Assembly: GCA_050251055.1 (NCBI GenBank)
Contig: JBFWNL010000002.1
Coordinates: 32,001 to 96,000 of the forward strand
Direction: 5' to 3'
DNA from: Bacteriovoracia bacterium
GTDB lineage: Bacteria; Bdellovibrionota; UBA1018; JBFWNL01
Length of the DNA: 64,000 nt
Shown here in pieces: positions 8,694 through 21,142 of the stretch. The first letter of the stretch is position 1, and every line of letters begins with the position of its first letter. The notes under the pieces are model-generated. The model did not search any database and had not been told where the DNA came from. It saw only the letters and a program-made list of their open reading frames with translations. The position numbers were made by a program, and so were the translations under genes.

Positions 8694-9377
8694 TTAATCA
8701 CGCTTACGCGCGACCAGGCTCGCTTTCGCTTCCGCCCCGTCGTTGGTCTCGAGATAGACCAAGATCTCGAAATCCGAAAAGAGCTTCTTAAGTTCTCCAG
8801 TTTCGAGCAAAAAGTCGCGATTCATGCTCTTGCCCGACGGATTGTTGAGCTGCTCGACCGTGTTGTTTTCGAAGACCACCACCCCGCCCTTGCGCAATCC
8901 GCGCTTAATATGCGGAACGAGACTGCGCTGAAGGTAGTCGATGTTGACGATAACGTCGTAATGCCCGGGCTTGATCGCGTAGGTGGCCAAATCGGCGTAG
9001 ATAGTATTGATCGAAACTTGGTTTTCCTTGGCTAGCCGGCGGGCTTTCCGTAATGCCACTTCCGAGATATCGACCCCGTCGACGCTAAAGCCTTTCTTGG
9101 CCAAGAACACGGCGTTACGGCCCTCACCCATCGCGATGTCAAGGGCGCGGCCAATGGGGAGTTTGCCCACGTGTACCTGCAGAAACTTCGCCGGATCCTT
9201 GCCAAACACGTATTGATGCGTGCTGAAAAGCGCATCCCAACGCGAACGAGTCTCGCTCGAATCATCCCCGGTGACTTGCTGATAATTACTCTTTCCAGGG
9301 GTTAAGGGTTCTGTCGCTCGCCGCTCCGACGAACAGCCCCAAATAGCCGTAAGTGCTAGAAAAATGACAGTTCTCAT
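8694..9377 (-). CDS. Class I SAM-dependent methyltransferase (TehB-like) with predicted lipoprotein signal
   Basis: RALDIAMGEGRNAVFLAKKGFSVDGVDIS; N-terminus MRTVIFLALTAIWGC. Confidence 0.8.
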   Translation of the reverse strand: MRTVIFLALTAIWGCSSERRATEPLTPGKSNYQQVTGDDSSETRSRWDALFSTHQYVFGKDPAKFLQVHVGKLPIGRALDIAMGEGRNAVFLAKKGFSVDGVDISEVALRKARRLAKENQVSINTIYADLATYAIKPGHYDVIVNIDYLQRSLVPHIKRGLRKGGVVVFENNTVEQLNNPSGKSMNRDFLLETGELKKLFSDFEILVYLETNDGAEAKASLVARKRD

Positions 9378-9405
9378 TGACACAGCGGGCTGCATTTTAT
9401 AACCT
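9377..9405 (+). promoter_or_regulatory. Sigma-70-type promoter, probably leaderless tatA transcript
   Basis: TTGACA-17 nt-TAACCT ending 6 nt before ATG 9412. Confidence 0.6.
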
Positions 9406-9411
9406 GAATCC

Positions 9412-9639
9412 ATGTTTGGCATTTCCGGTTCCCATCTTATCATCTTAGGCATTGTCCTGCTGATTTTAGGGCCTCGTCGCTTGCCCGAAGTAGGTCATTC
9501 CTTAGGCAAAGCCATGAAGAATTTCAAGGACGCCTTAGCCGGAGTCGCCGAGCCTCCGTTCAAAAAGCTGGATGACACCGCGCACACGGCAGCTTCTGAA
9601 TCCGCCCCTTCCCCCAAAGATCCTCCTACGCAGGCCTAG
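9412..9639 (+). CDS. tatA: Twin-arginine translocase TatA/E subunit
   Basis: TM helix, then LGPRRLPEVGHSLGKAMKNFK amphipathic helix. Confidence 0.9.
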   Translation: MFGISGSHLIILGIVLLILGPRRLPEVGHSLGKAMKNFKDALAGVAEPPFKKLDDTAHTAASESAPSPKDPPTQA

Positions 9640-9697
9640 TTCCGCGCACACCGAGTCCTCCCTTGCAAAAGCCCGGCGCAGCAGGCAGATTTTCAAA

Positions 9698-10165
9698 ATG
9701 GAGCCTTTTGCCCGTCAGTTCTCCGGTTATTTTGAACGCCCCGTAGCCCTGCGCGCGGCCAAGTCCCTCAGCCCCGACGCCGTCGTTGAGTTCAAGGTCG
9801 ACGACGAGAGCTTTTTCCTCACCCGTAAAGGGGGCCAGAATCAGATCGTAGAAGACCTGGAAACCTCGCCTGACCTCACTTTCACCCTGACGGCAGGGGC
9901 GGCCCAAGCCATTTTGGATTTCGAAAGCGACGACGTGGGACTCACCGGCGTAGAAATCGCCAAGATGATCGTGAGCCTGGAGCCGGGCACGCCACCCAAG
10001 AAAGTCTGGCTGAAGCTGAACGCCGGCTTCTTCACCTTATTCAGAAAAGGCTACCTAGGCGTGATCACCGCGGGGGGCGCCTCGTTCGCCCAGTTCCTGG
10101 CCGCGCGCGGGCTAGTGGGCGTGACCGCGATCAAACAAGCCATCCAGAAGATGCGGAACAAGTAG
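9698..10165 (+). CDS. Hypothetical protein, possibly SCP2-like lipid-binding fold
   Basis: ATG 9698; pattern VEFKVDDESFFL...PDLTFTL resembles SCP2 domains. Confidence 0.5.
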   Translation: MEPFARQFSGYFERPVALRAAKSLSPDAVVEFKVDDESFFLTRKGGQNQIVEDLETSPDLTFTLTAGAAQAILDFESDDVGLTGVEIAKMIVSLEPGTPPKKVWLKLNAGFFTLFRKGYLGVITAGGASFAQFLAARGLVGVTAIKQAIQKMRNK

Positions 10166-10175
10166 GAGAACGACC

Positions 10176-10721
10176 GTGAACTACGATGACCTCAAAGACA
10201 ATAACTTCACCCACTACTTGAATCGCCACGAGATCGAGGCGGCGGTAATCAATATCGCCAACCGCCTGAACGCCGACTACAAGGACCAGCCAGTGGTGCT
10301 CGTATGCGTGCTCAAGGGCGCCATCATCTTCATGGCGGATCTGGTGCGCCATCTCACGCTCGATATTGAATGCGAGTTCGTGCGGCTTACCAGTTACGGC
10401 AAAGGACGCACATCGAGCGGTACGGTGACATTACTGAAGGATATCCAGTGCGATATCCGCGGCAAGCATGTGCTCATCATCGAGGAAATCATCGACTCTG
10501 GGCGTACTCTGAAATTCCTCTATGAGCGTCTAAAGAAGGGCGAACCCGCCTCGGTCGAAATCGTCACGCTCCTCGACAAGGCCGATAAGCGTCTCGTGGA
10601 CGTCCCGGTGAAATACGTAGGCCGCATGACTAACGACCAATTCCTGGTCGGATACGGCCTGGACCTCGAAGAGCGCTGCCGCAATCTCGCGGAAATCTAT
10701 TACCTGAAATATCCCAACTGA
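10176..10721 (+). CDS. hpt: Hypoxanthine phosphoribosyltransferase
   Basis: VLKGAIIFMADL, SYG, VLIIEEIIDSGRTL (PRPP loop), FLVGYGLD. Confidence 0.92.
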   Translation: MNYDDLKDNNFTHYLNRHEIEAAVINIANRLNADYKDQPVVLVCVLKGAIIFMADLVRHLTLDIECEFVRLTSYGKGRTSSGTVTLLKDIQCDIRGKHVLIIEEIIDSGRTLKFLYERLKKGEPASVEIVTLLDKADKRLVDVPVKYVGRMTNDQFLVGYGLDLEERCRNLAEIYYLKYPN

Positions 10722-10753
10722 TCCGCGTTGCCCGGATCAAGAGTCGCGCAGAC

Positions 10754-11281
10754 TTATTTGTCGGCAGGCGACGAAGGCGCGGCCCCGGGATCCAATTCCG
10801 GCGGCGTTGGTCCACAAACCTCTTCATTTGCGACGGGAGGTTGCCAGCCCAATTCCTTCGCTAAGTCAGCCAGCGCGCGATACGTGCGCGTGATCGCGGA
10901 GCTCGATTCGTAAGCCACGATCGCCACCGGCCCGTAAGGCTGTTCGCGCAGCAGTTCAGCGGCTTCCTTCTTCATCTTCTCGAGCTGCTCTTCCATGCAT
11001 GCGTCGAACTCCTGATTCTTGCCTTCGAACGCGAACCAGTTCAGGACCTTGCCTTTGCCGGTGCGACAAACCATGCCGATACCCGACGGCACGGCTGGCT
11101 CAGGGGGGAGTTCACCGACGCGCCCGATGGTGCCGCGGGTTCCACTCGAAACTTTTTCCTTTTCCTTAGGCTCCTCTTTCGCGCGGGCCGCCGCCACGAG
11201 GATGGGATTGGGGCCCTGGGCAAACGACGCCTGGGCGCAAAGAGTGACGATTGCGATGAGCAGGATGTGGAATTTCTTCAT
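10754..11281 (-). CDS. Secreted hypothetical protein
   Basis: Signal peptide MKKFHILLIAIVTLCAQASFA; upstream TTGACA-17-TAAAAC on the minus strand. Confidence 0.65.
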   Translation of the reverse strand: MKKFHILLIAIVTLCAQASFAQGPNPILVAAARAKEEPKEKEKVSSGTRGTIGRVGELPPEPAVPSGIGMVCRTGKGKVLNWFAFEGKNQEFDACMEEQLEKMKKEAAELLREQPYGPVAIVAYESSSAITRTYRALADLAKELGWQPPVANEEVCGPTPPELDPGAAPSSPADK

Positions 11282-11447
11282 CTCAAATGCAAACCTTCCC
11301 GGGTAAATTGGACCGGGCTCGTTTTAAATGAATTGCTGCTACGTGTCAATATTGGCGGCGATTCCCAGGGGAAATCTGAGATATAAAAAAAATAAGTGAT
11401 TTCAACTCCTTAAAGCAGAATCGGATCGGATGGGATCGAAACCGACG

Positions 11448-12467
11448 CTAGAAAACGCCGTCATTAAACACCGGGTGGAGCATGAGCTGCTCCAACACCC
11501 TTCCGGCCGGCTGACCTTCGAGCACTTGGTACACGCCTTCGGTGATAGGCATGGATATCTCACGCTTGCGGGCAAACTCGCGCACGCTGTAGGTGGTCTT
11601 AACCCCTTCCGCGGTACTGCCCAGCTCGCGAAGGATCACGTCGATCGGATCTCCTTTGGCCAGCCGGAAGCCCACGCGGTAGTTGCGGCTGAGCGGACTG
11701 CTACACGTCGCCATCAGATCCCCGACCCCCGCCAACCCCAAGAAGGTCATTTGCTCCCCGCCCATCGCCAAGCCGAAGCGGACCATTTCGGCTAACCCCC
11801 GGGAAATCAACATCGCCCGCGCGTTCCAACCAAACCCCAGCGCGTCGATCGCGCCGGAAGCAATCGCGAGCACGTTCTTGAGCACGCCGGCCCACTCAAT
11901 ACCGACCACGTCCCGGCCGGGATACACACGAAACGTCGGACCATTGAAAAGCTGCTGACCTGCCTGCACCACCTCGTCGAAAGTAGAAGCCACGACGGTG
12001 GCGCCCGGTTGCCCTTGGGCCACTTCCTTAGCCAGGTTCGGTCCACTCACCACACCGATGCGGTGACAAGGCAGCTCTTCACGCAGAATCGTCGATATCC
12101 GTTTCAACGAACCCTCTTCCACACCTTTGGTCGCATGAATGATGATCTCGCGGCCATCGAATAGCGGGGCCAAGAAACGCGCTTGCTCGCGGGTGACCCG
12201 GGAGGGCAAGCCCCAGACGATGGCGTCGACTCCGCCTTCGAATATGCGTTTGGGGTCACTCACGGCCCGCAAATTTTCACGCAGCTTCAGCTCGGGTAAA
12301 TATTTGAGGTTCACTCGGTTGGCGTTGATCTCGCGGGCCTGCTCTTCGGAGCGAACCCAGAGGCGCACTTCCGAGCAATTCGCCGACGCGAGGTGGGCGA
12401 GGCAAGTGCCCCAGCTCCCGCCACCGATGACGGAGATCTTCGATTTAAGCCAAAAATCCTTGTTCAT
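11448..12467 (-). CDS. gpsA: NAD(P)H-dependent glycerol-3-phosphate dehydrogenase
   Basis: GGGSWG, HATKGVE, SGPNLA, LKNVLAI, GLAGVGDLMATCSSPLSRN. Confidence 0.95.
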   Translation of the reverse strand: MNKDFWLKSKISVIGGGSWGTCLAHLASANCSEVRLWVRSEEQAREINANRVNLKYLPELKLRENLRAVSDPKRIFEGGVDAIVWGLPSRVTREQARFLAPLFDGREIIIHATKGVEEGSLKRISTILREELPCHRIGVVSGPNLAKEVAQGQPGATVVASTFDEVVQAGQQLFNGPTFRVYPGRDVVGIEWAGVLKNVLAIASGAIDALGFGWNARAMLISRGLAEMVRFGLAMGGEQMTFLGLAGVGDLMATCSSPLSRNYRVGFRLAKGDPIDVILRELGSTAEGVKTTYSVREFARKREISMPITEGVYQVLEGQPAGRVLEQLMLHPVFNDGVF

Positions 12468-14220
12468 CCAATTCCCCGCGTAACCGCTTCAACCGGCGCT
12501 CGGCCGATAGCGTAAGCCCATAACCAGAAAGCCGGTTGCGATAGTAATAGAGCGTGTTCATGTCCTCGGTCCAGATCGCGTTGCCTTCGATGCGGATTAC
12601 CGCGTTGCCGTGCAGGTGGCCGATGCGCTCGGCACCGTCGTTCACCCATTTGCGCGTACCTTCCGCAGACCCGATCGCGCCACGCAGCTCCTCGCTCAAG
12701 TGTAGCTCGCCCCGATTCGCCATTTCCGCTACTCGCGCATGGAGCGCTTCCGCTTCTTTCAGGAATTCGTCGAAAGGGACCGTGCGCTGGCTTTGCGAAA
12801 GGCGAAGCAGCCGGAAAATATCCAGATCCTGGTACCGCCGACGCACGGCCGTGAAATATGCGAGCGCCAGCAGATGCGACGTCAGCACCGTATTTTCGCG
12901 GTAGTAACGATCGCTGATCATTTTACCGAGCTGGCGGGTGTACTCTTGATCACGCTGGGCATGAGGCTTGAGCTCGCCCTCGGTGGTAAGCCACTTGCGC
13001 GGATCGATGATCGTCCCATTGGGTCCGAGCGAGTTCCCCTGGGGGTCGACGGGGTTGCCGAATACGTCGAGCGGGCTGCCGATGCGAACCGTGATATTGG
13101 ACTGGCTCGCGAAATACTTCCAAAAGAAATTGATCGACTTCACGAAAGGCGGAATTTCCTCGGTATCGGATCCCAGGTAGCGATGCTGCCCGAGGTGGGC
13201 CAAGTAGTCTTCAATGAGGGAGCTCGCTTCGAGCACGAAGTGATAGCTCATCACCATCGGAACGATGTAAATATTCGGCTGCGGCTTGCCAGCTTGCAGG
13301 TTTTGGATTTGGGCGTCGAGCGCCGTCCCTAGCAACCCCAGTTTGAGTTTGCTTTCGATGGCACCGTTTCGCGAACGACCGCCGCCAGGAAAGAAAATCG
13401 AGTGGATGCCTTCCGTCAAGATACGCGTGCTGTAGTGCTTGAGCGTTGTTTTATACAGCAGGCTCGACTTCTGGCGGTCGACCGTGTAGCAGCCCAGGTT
13501 GCTCATGAAGTAGCTCAGCACCGGATTGGAAAAAAGATTCAGCCCCGCGCCGTAAGAGAACGGCGGCAACGACATGAGATAGATCACGTATCCGATGAGC
13601 ACGCTGTCAATATTGCTTTGGTGCGTGGGCACGAGCAGGATCGTGCCCTGACGGCTGAGGTTCTGCAGCACGTCCACTTGGCCCACGATACGTAAGCGAT
13701 CCGCCAGCGACTCGGTCATGCGCATGGGGTTGAATCGGCGAACGCTCGCGGCGTTGAGCATCCAGCTGAAGAACCAGGGTACGGTGCGGGTGGCGAACTC
13801 GTACACTTTGGGATCAAAATGAGCGCCAATCTCCTCGGCATAGTGGCCGGTGGCGCGCTCGAGCATTTCGCGACGATTACGTTCAGCCGGGCTCTTCAGT
13901 AAATCGCGATAAATGGAATCCCATAACCGCTTGTCGTTGCGGGCCCGGCCCCGGGTGAATAGGTTTCCCAAGCTGAGACGGCGGTTTCGCTTCAGGCGCA
14001 GGCGCTCCAAAAAAAGCGCTTCGCCCAAGAGCAGATCCAACGAACGCCCTTCGGCCAATTCCTCCGCCGTGTTCTGTACCACGTCGCGCAAGATCCCCGC
14101 ACGTTTCGGGGGAAAGGGCGTGAGCGGACCCACCACGGGCTTCACCTGATCGAACCGGACCGCGGGGTGACTACCGGTGGGGCTTAGATTCGCGGAGCTT
14201 GGTTCGCGGGGCGTGGTCAT
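12445..14220 (-). CDS. Glycerol-3-phosphate acyltransferase (PlsB-like, HX4D family)
   Basis: PTHQSNID motif I, GAGLNL, FFPGGGRSR motif III; overlaps gpsA. Confidence 0.8.
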   Translation of the reverse strand: MTTPREPSSANLSPTGSHPAVRFDQVKPVVGPLTPFPPKRAGILRDVVQNTAEELAEGRSLDLLLGEALFLERLRLKRNRRLSLGNLFTRGRARNDKRLWDSIYRDLLKSPAERNRREMLERATGHYAEEIGAHFDPKVYEFATRTVPWFFSWMLNAASVRRFNPMRMTESLADRLRIVGQVDVLQNLSRQGTILLVPTHQSNIDSVLIGYVIYLMSLPPFSYGAGLNLFSNPVLSYFMSNLGCYTVDRQKSSLLYKTTLKHYSTRILTEGIHSIFFPGGGRSRNGAIESKLKLGLLGTALDAQIQNLQAGKPQPNIYIVPMVMSYHFVLEASSLIEDYLAHLGQHRYLGSDTEEIPPFVKSINFFWKYFASQSNITVRIGSPLDVFGNPVDPQGNSLGPNGTIIDPRKWLTTEGELKPHAQRDQEYTRQLGKMISDRYYRENTVLTSHLLALAYFTAVRRRYQDLDIFRLLRLSQSQRTVPFDEFLKEAEALHARVAEMANRGELHLSEELRGAIGSAEGTRKWVNDGAERIGHLHGNAVIRIEGNAIWTEDMNTLYYYRNRLSGYGLTLSAERRLKRLRGELDEQGFLA

Positions 14221-14223
14221 GCC

Positions 14224-17061
<2,838 letters not shown>

Positions 17062-17121
17062 GGCTCGGAAAAACCTTAACATGGTTGGCCCGGAGGGGCA
17101 AAAGCGGATAAGAAACCCAAG

Positions 17122-17961
17122 ATGGATTTAGGCACTTTCCGGCTCTCGGTCATCATTCCCACGACGCTTCGCCGGGGCGCGCTTTCCCACATTGTCGGGA
17201 CGGTCAGCCAACAACGCCCCCCTCTACCCCGGAGGGCCATGGTTGAGCGCGCCGTCCAAAGCATCTTGAACCAGCCCGATCCCATCGGCACGGAAGTCGT
17301 GGTGGTGGAAGACGGTGAGCATCACGGGGTGGTTAACCATCTGCAAACGATCTTCAGTGGCGAAATCCTCGGCGGCCGGCTTTCCTTGAAATCGGTCGAG
17401 CGGCAAGCTAACCCGGCCCGCCTCAAAAATATCGGTGCCGCCATCGCCAAGGGCAAACTGCTGGCATTCCTGGATCCCGAAGACCAGTGGCATGCAGGAC
17501 GCCTCGAAAATCTAGATCCCCTTTTGGGAAGGCACGAGCTCATCTTGGGTTCCGACGACTCCCAGGTCAATCCGGCGAACGCCCTGGAGAAACTCTATGA
17601 GGGCAACTGGATCATTCCGGGATCGGCGATTATTCAGCGACAGCTCTTTGAGCGGCTGCGAGGTTTTCACGAAGGCAATCTCCTCACGGCAAGACTCCCC
17701 CGAAACTGGCTGGCGACTTCCGGCCACGAGCTTTGGGCGCGCGCGCTCGCGGAGCTTCAAGCCACAAAACAGACCGAGCGTCTCTGCGTGCTTTCGTCCG
17801 GAGGCGTGGTGTTCGACGAATCACCGCAAACGAACGCGCTCGTGCAATCACGGGAGTTCGCCAGTCTACTGCGAGCGGCCGGACGCCTCCCCGCCCATAC
17901 CTGGCCCCAGCTGGGGAGAAAGATTCTGGAGCGACTCAAAAGCCGGCCCGGTCGACGCTAA
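17122..17961 (+). CDS. Glycosyltransferase family 2-like protein (divergent)
   Basis: LSVIIPT, RAVQSILNQ, EVVVVEDG, NIGAAIAKGKLLAFLDPED. Confidence 0.7.
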   Translation: MDLGTFRLSVIIPTTLRRGALSHIVGTVSQQRPPLPRRAMVERAVQSILNQPDPIGTEVVVVEDGEHHGVVNHLQTIFSGEILGGRLSLKSVERQANPARLKNIGAAIAKGKLLAFLDPEDQWHAGRLENLDPLLGRHELILGSDDSQVNPANALEKLYEGNWIIPGSAIIQRQLFERLRGFHEGNLLTARLPRNWLATSGHELWARALAELQATKQTERLCVLSSGGVVFDESPQTNALVQSREFASLLRAAGRLPAHTWPQLGRKILERLKSRPGRR

Positions 17962-18177
17962 GCCCTCGACTTGAGAAAACTGTATCGAGGCCTGACACCC
18001 GGGTGGATTCTTATCCGGTGCGTTTCGACCTCAGCGGCGACCACCCCTTTCGACGCGCATAATTCATCGATTTCGTGAGTCGCCAATCACCCGTGTTATT
18101 CGAAGCTTATGCAAAACATCTGGCCCTCGAGGCTCAAAAAAATGCCGGGCAAAAAAAGCACGATCCCGATAGAGAGG

Positions 18178-18193
18178 TGGCATCCAGCTTGCT
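18178..18193 (+). promoter_or_regulatory. Sigma-54 -24/-12 promoter
   Basis: TGGCATCCAGCTTGCT (GG-N10-GC) shortly upstream of ATG 18210. Confidence 0.7.
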
Positions 18194-18209
18194 CTAGAGG
18201 CCACCCGGT

Positions 18210-18524
18210 ATGAGTAACGGTATCGTGTCGCTAAAAGCAGCTAGAGAAGTCAAACAAGCCCAAGCGGAGTTTCCGGAATACCAGGCCAAAATCAAGGCCA
18301 TGGAAAAGCTGGACCTTTTGAACGAAATGGTGCGTTTTCAAGAGGAGCGCTCCAAGCTGGGCCACCTCACGGCCTCCATGATGGTGCGCGGGCAGATCTT
18401 ATTTAAGGCGCTCGAAGAGAACGCCGAAACCGAAGCCCTGCTCGTGCTCACGCGTTCTTACCGCCAGCACCTCGAGTACGAGCTTGAGGACTACCTGCGC
18501 ACGGGCACGCGGAATTCCGATTGA
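18210..18524 (+). CDS. Small helical hypothetical protein
   Basis: 104-aa ORF with genome-typical codon usage behind a sigma-54 promoter. Confidence 0.7.
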   Translation: MSNGIVSLKAAREVKQAQAEFPEYQAKIKAMEKLDLLNEMVRFQEERSKLGHLTASMMVRGQILFKALEENAETEALLVLTRSYRQHLEYELEDYLRTGTRNSD

Positions 18525-18581
18525 AGCAAAGCGAGATCAGAGATCCCGGCTGAACATTCAATTCACTCCGCCAGATCCAAG

Positions 18582-19931
18582 CTACAGTAAGTTACTCGCC
18601 AGCTCAGAGAGCTTCGAACGCTCCCCTTTGGACAAGGTGACGTGCGCGGAGATGGTTTCGTCTTTAAAACGGTCCACCAGGTAAACCAAACCGTTGTTCG
18701 CCGAATCGACGTATGGGTTGTCGATCTGGAAGCTGTCGCCCGTGCAGACGATCTTCGTGCCGTCGCCCGCACGGGTAACGATGGTCTTGATCTCGTGTGG
18801 AGTCAGGTTCTGCGCTTCGTCGACGATGAGGTATTGCTGCGGAATGGTGCGGCCACGGATGTAAGTGAGCGGCTCGATCTGCAGCAACCCCTGGTTCATC
18901 AGCTCCTGGCAACCTTTACCGGCGCCACGGCGAGCCTTGGTGCCGGTCGCGCCAAATAGGAAGTCAATGTTGTCGTAGATCGGCTGCATCCACGGGTTGA
19001 GTTTTTCTTCAATATCTCCCGGCAAAAAACCAATGTCTTTACCTAGCGGGAAGACCGGGCGGGACACGAGCAAGCGATGAAACACGCTTTCATCGACGGT
19101 CTTCTGGAGACCGGCGGCGATGGCGATAAGCGTTTTCCCCGTACCGGCCTTACCGACCAAGCTCACGAGCTTGATGTCATCATTCAGGAGCGCGTCAATA
19201 GCAAAAGCCTGCTCGGCGTTTTTGGGGAAGATCCCCCAGATCCCTTCGGCCGGCTTGAACACCGGCACGATGGAGTCGAGCTCCCGCGAGTAGCGCCCCA
19301 TCGCCGTATGGGCGGGGTTCACCGCATCCTTCAAAATCAAGTACTCATTTGGTTTGAGGGTCTGCGGCCCTTCCTTTGCCTTGTCGAAGTGACGATCTTT
19401 ACAAGGCAGCTTCTTCTGAGAATAGAATTCGTCCACCACGTGCGAGTCAATCGACAGGGTCAAAATCCCAGAATAGAGCTGATCCGGCTCGAGATTCGAA
19501 GGTTCGTAATCCTCCGCCGTAAGCCCTAACGCGTCGGCCTTGATGCGCAGATTGATGTCTTTGGTGACAAAGACGACCGGCCGCTTGGGTTGGCTTTTCT
19601 TATTGTGGATGACGAGCGCCAAGATGCGGTTGTCGGCGCTATCCCGATTGAGCTCAACCGGTAAGGCCAGGCCGCTCGTTTCCAGCTCGACGCGCAGGAT
19701 CCCACCGTTGGGGAGCTTCACACCCTTACTCAGCTCGCCGTCTTTCCGCATCTCGTCAATGAGGCGCGAAAACTGGCGCGCATGGCGGCCGTTCTCGGAC
19801 ATCTCGCGCTTGAAGCGGTCGACTTCCTCCACCACCACCATGGGGATGATTACATCGTTGTTGCCGAATTTATTGATAGCTTGGGGATCGAAGAGAATGA
19901 CGTTCGTATCGAGGATGAATGCCTTACGCAC
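18582..19931 (-). CDS. PhoH2-type PIN ribonuclease / PhoH ATPase
   Basis: FILDTNV (PIN), DNRIL, GKAGTGKT, YIRGRTI, DEAQN; GTG start with GGAGG RBS. Confidence 0.92.
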   Translation of the reverse strand: MRKAFILDTNVILFDPQAINKFGNNDVIIPMVVVEEVDRFKREMSENGRHARQFSRLIDEMRKDGELSKGVKLPNGGILRVELETSGLALPVELNRDSADNRILALVIHNKKSQPKRPVVFVTKDINLRIKADALGLTAEDYEPSNLEPDQLYSGILTLSIDSHVVDEFYSQKKLPCKDRHFDKAKEGPQTLKPNEYLILKDAVNPAHTAMGRYSRELDSIVPVFKPAEGIWGIFPKNAEQAFAIDALLNDDIKLVSLVGKAGTGKTLIAIAAGLQKTVDESVFHRLLVSRPVFPLGKDIGFLPGDIEEKLNPWMQPIYDNIDFLFGATGTKARRGAGKGCQELMNQGLLQIEPLTYIRGRTIPQQYLIVDEAQNLTPHEIKTIVTRAGDGTKIVCTGDSFQIDNPYVDSANNGLVYLVDRFKDETISAHVTLSKGERSKLSELASNLL

Positions 19932-20030
19932 AGGAGCCCTCCGTGGGACTGCGTTCCAGGCCATTAAATACGTTTTCTCTTTCAATTACAAGCTACAAAA
20001 CTTGATACGCCGTGCGGCAGACAGGGCCGG

Positions 20031-20720
20031 CTACTCGCAGGCGCGGCGGCCGTTGGTCTGGACGCAGAGTCGTGCCTTCACGACGTGGTTCCAGTAGGCC
20101 TCTTGCACCGGACAATAACCGTAAATCTGGCAGTACCAGTCGTTCCGCGCGTTTTTCACGGTGACGACCACGCCTTGCTGCCCGTTGCCCGCGACGTCGT
20201 TCGAGAAATCAATCGTCTGCTTCGCGGGAGCATAAGGACAAAAGGAGTTCTGTGCCGGTATGTTAGACGGCCGCAGATAACTCGTGCTCACGGTGCGGCC
20301 GTTGACTTCGACGTCGTAACGAGCGCAGGTGAGGTTCCAGTTGAAGTTGTTGGGGTTGCCGCCACCGATGGTGTGCAGGAGATCCACGTCCGAGAAAGCC
20401 TCGATCGTGACCTTGAACAAGGTGTCGGTCACCATGGGGTCCGGCGTTTCGTACACCGGTATATTGTCATAGCCGTTGGGCGGGGTGCCGGGACCGGTCA
20501 TTTCGAAATTAATGTTGATGGGGGGCAGTCCCGTCTCCGTAGGCGAAGGGGTCGGCGTCGGCGTGGCCGTCGGGGTTGGCGTGGCGAATCCCGAAGGGAA
20601 GCCATTGCGATTCTTTTGCGACTGCGTGCTGATGTCGTAGGGTTTGCCTCCGCAGCCGGAGATGAATACAGCCAGCGCTGCGACGGCCGTTACATTAAAA
20701 AATAGATGATTCTTCTTCAT
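20031..20720 (-). CDS. Six-Cys lipoprotein, paralog A (PT-rich linker)
   Basis: Lipobox ISGC, TPTPTATPTPTPSPT linker; clearly homologous to 21143..21817. Confidence 0.85.
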   Translation of the reverse strand: MKKNHLFFNVTAVAALAVFISGCGGKPYDISTQSQKNRNGFPSGFATPTPTATPTPTPSPTETGLPPININFEMTGPGTPPNGYDNIPVYETPDPMVTDTLFKVTIEAFSDVDLLHTIGGGNPNNFNWNLTCARYDVEVNGRTVSTSYLRPSNIPAQNSFCPYAPAKQTIDFSNDVAGNGQQGVVVTVKNARNDWYCQIYGYCPVQEAYWNHVVKARLCVQTNGRRACE

Positions 20721-20800
20721 AAAGACTCTCACTCTAAAAATTCCGTCGGCAGTCTTTGCTTGGACGGGCCCTAAAAACTGGTTGCTTACCTACTGACTAG

Positions 20801-20817
20801 AGCAAGAGCGGGGCCAA
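20801..20817 (-). promoter_or_regulatory. Sigma-54 promoter for lipoprotein A
   Basis: Minus strand TTGGCCCCGCTCTTGCT (GG-N10-GC). Confidence 0.7.
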
Positions 20818-20892
20818 ATGGACACCCACGCCAACGCCGCGAACCTGCACACAAAAAATAAGCGTGGGTCCGGAATGACACAGGATTTTCGC

Positions 20893-20909
20893 CGTCCAAG
20901 GTTTTGACA
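20893..20909. promoter_or_regulatory. Putative enhancer (bEBP upstream activating site)
   Basis: CGTCCAAGGTTTTGACA, one mismatch from TGTC-N9-GACA, between two divergent sigma-54 promoters. Confidence 0.5.
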
Positions 20910-21051
20910 GCTGCTCATCAACTTCGAGAGACTTCGAGAAAAAAAACCGGCGTAGAGACGAGAAACCCACGCTCCAAATTGGGTCTTGGATCTCCGAAAT
21001 TTCCGTAATTTCTCGAGAAATCGGCACTTTCATCTGGCTGCCGTGTCAACG

Positions 21052-21067
21052 TGGCCCTGGTTTTGCA
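21052..21067 (+). promoter_or_regulatory. Sigma-54 promoter for lipoprotein B
   Basis: TGGCCCTGGTTTTGCA (GG-N10-GC). Confidence 0.7.
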
Positions 21068-21142
21068 AAACTAATTCATGAATCGATCGCCTGAGTAACG
21101 AGAGACGACACTCGACACCAGAGAGAAGAAGAGGAAGACGAC

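Noticed and set aside
10176-10721. EEIIDSG instead of the usual EDIIDSG in the Hpt PRPP loop
   Set aside because: Conservative acidic substitution with all other motifs intact.
20721-21142. Site-specific invertible promoter (fim/hin type) between the paralogs
   Set aside because: No flanking inverted repeats within the intergenic region, no invertase nearby, and each gene has its own promoter.
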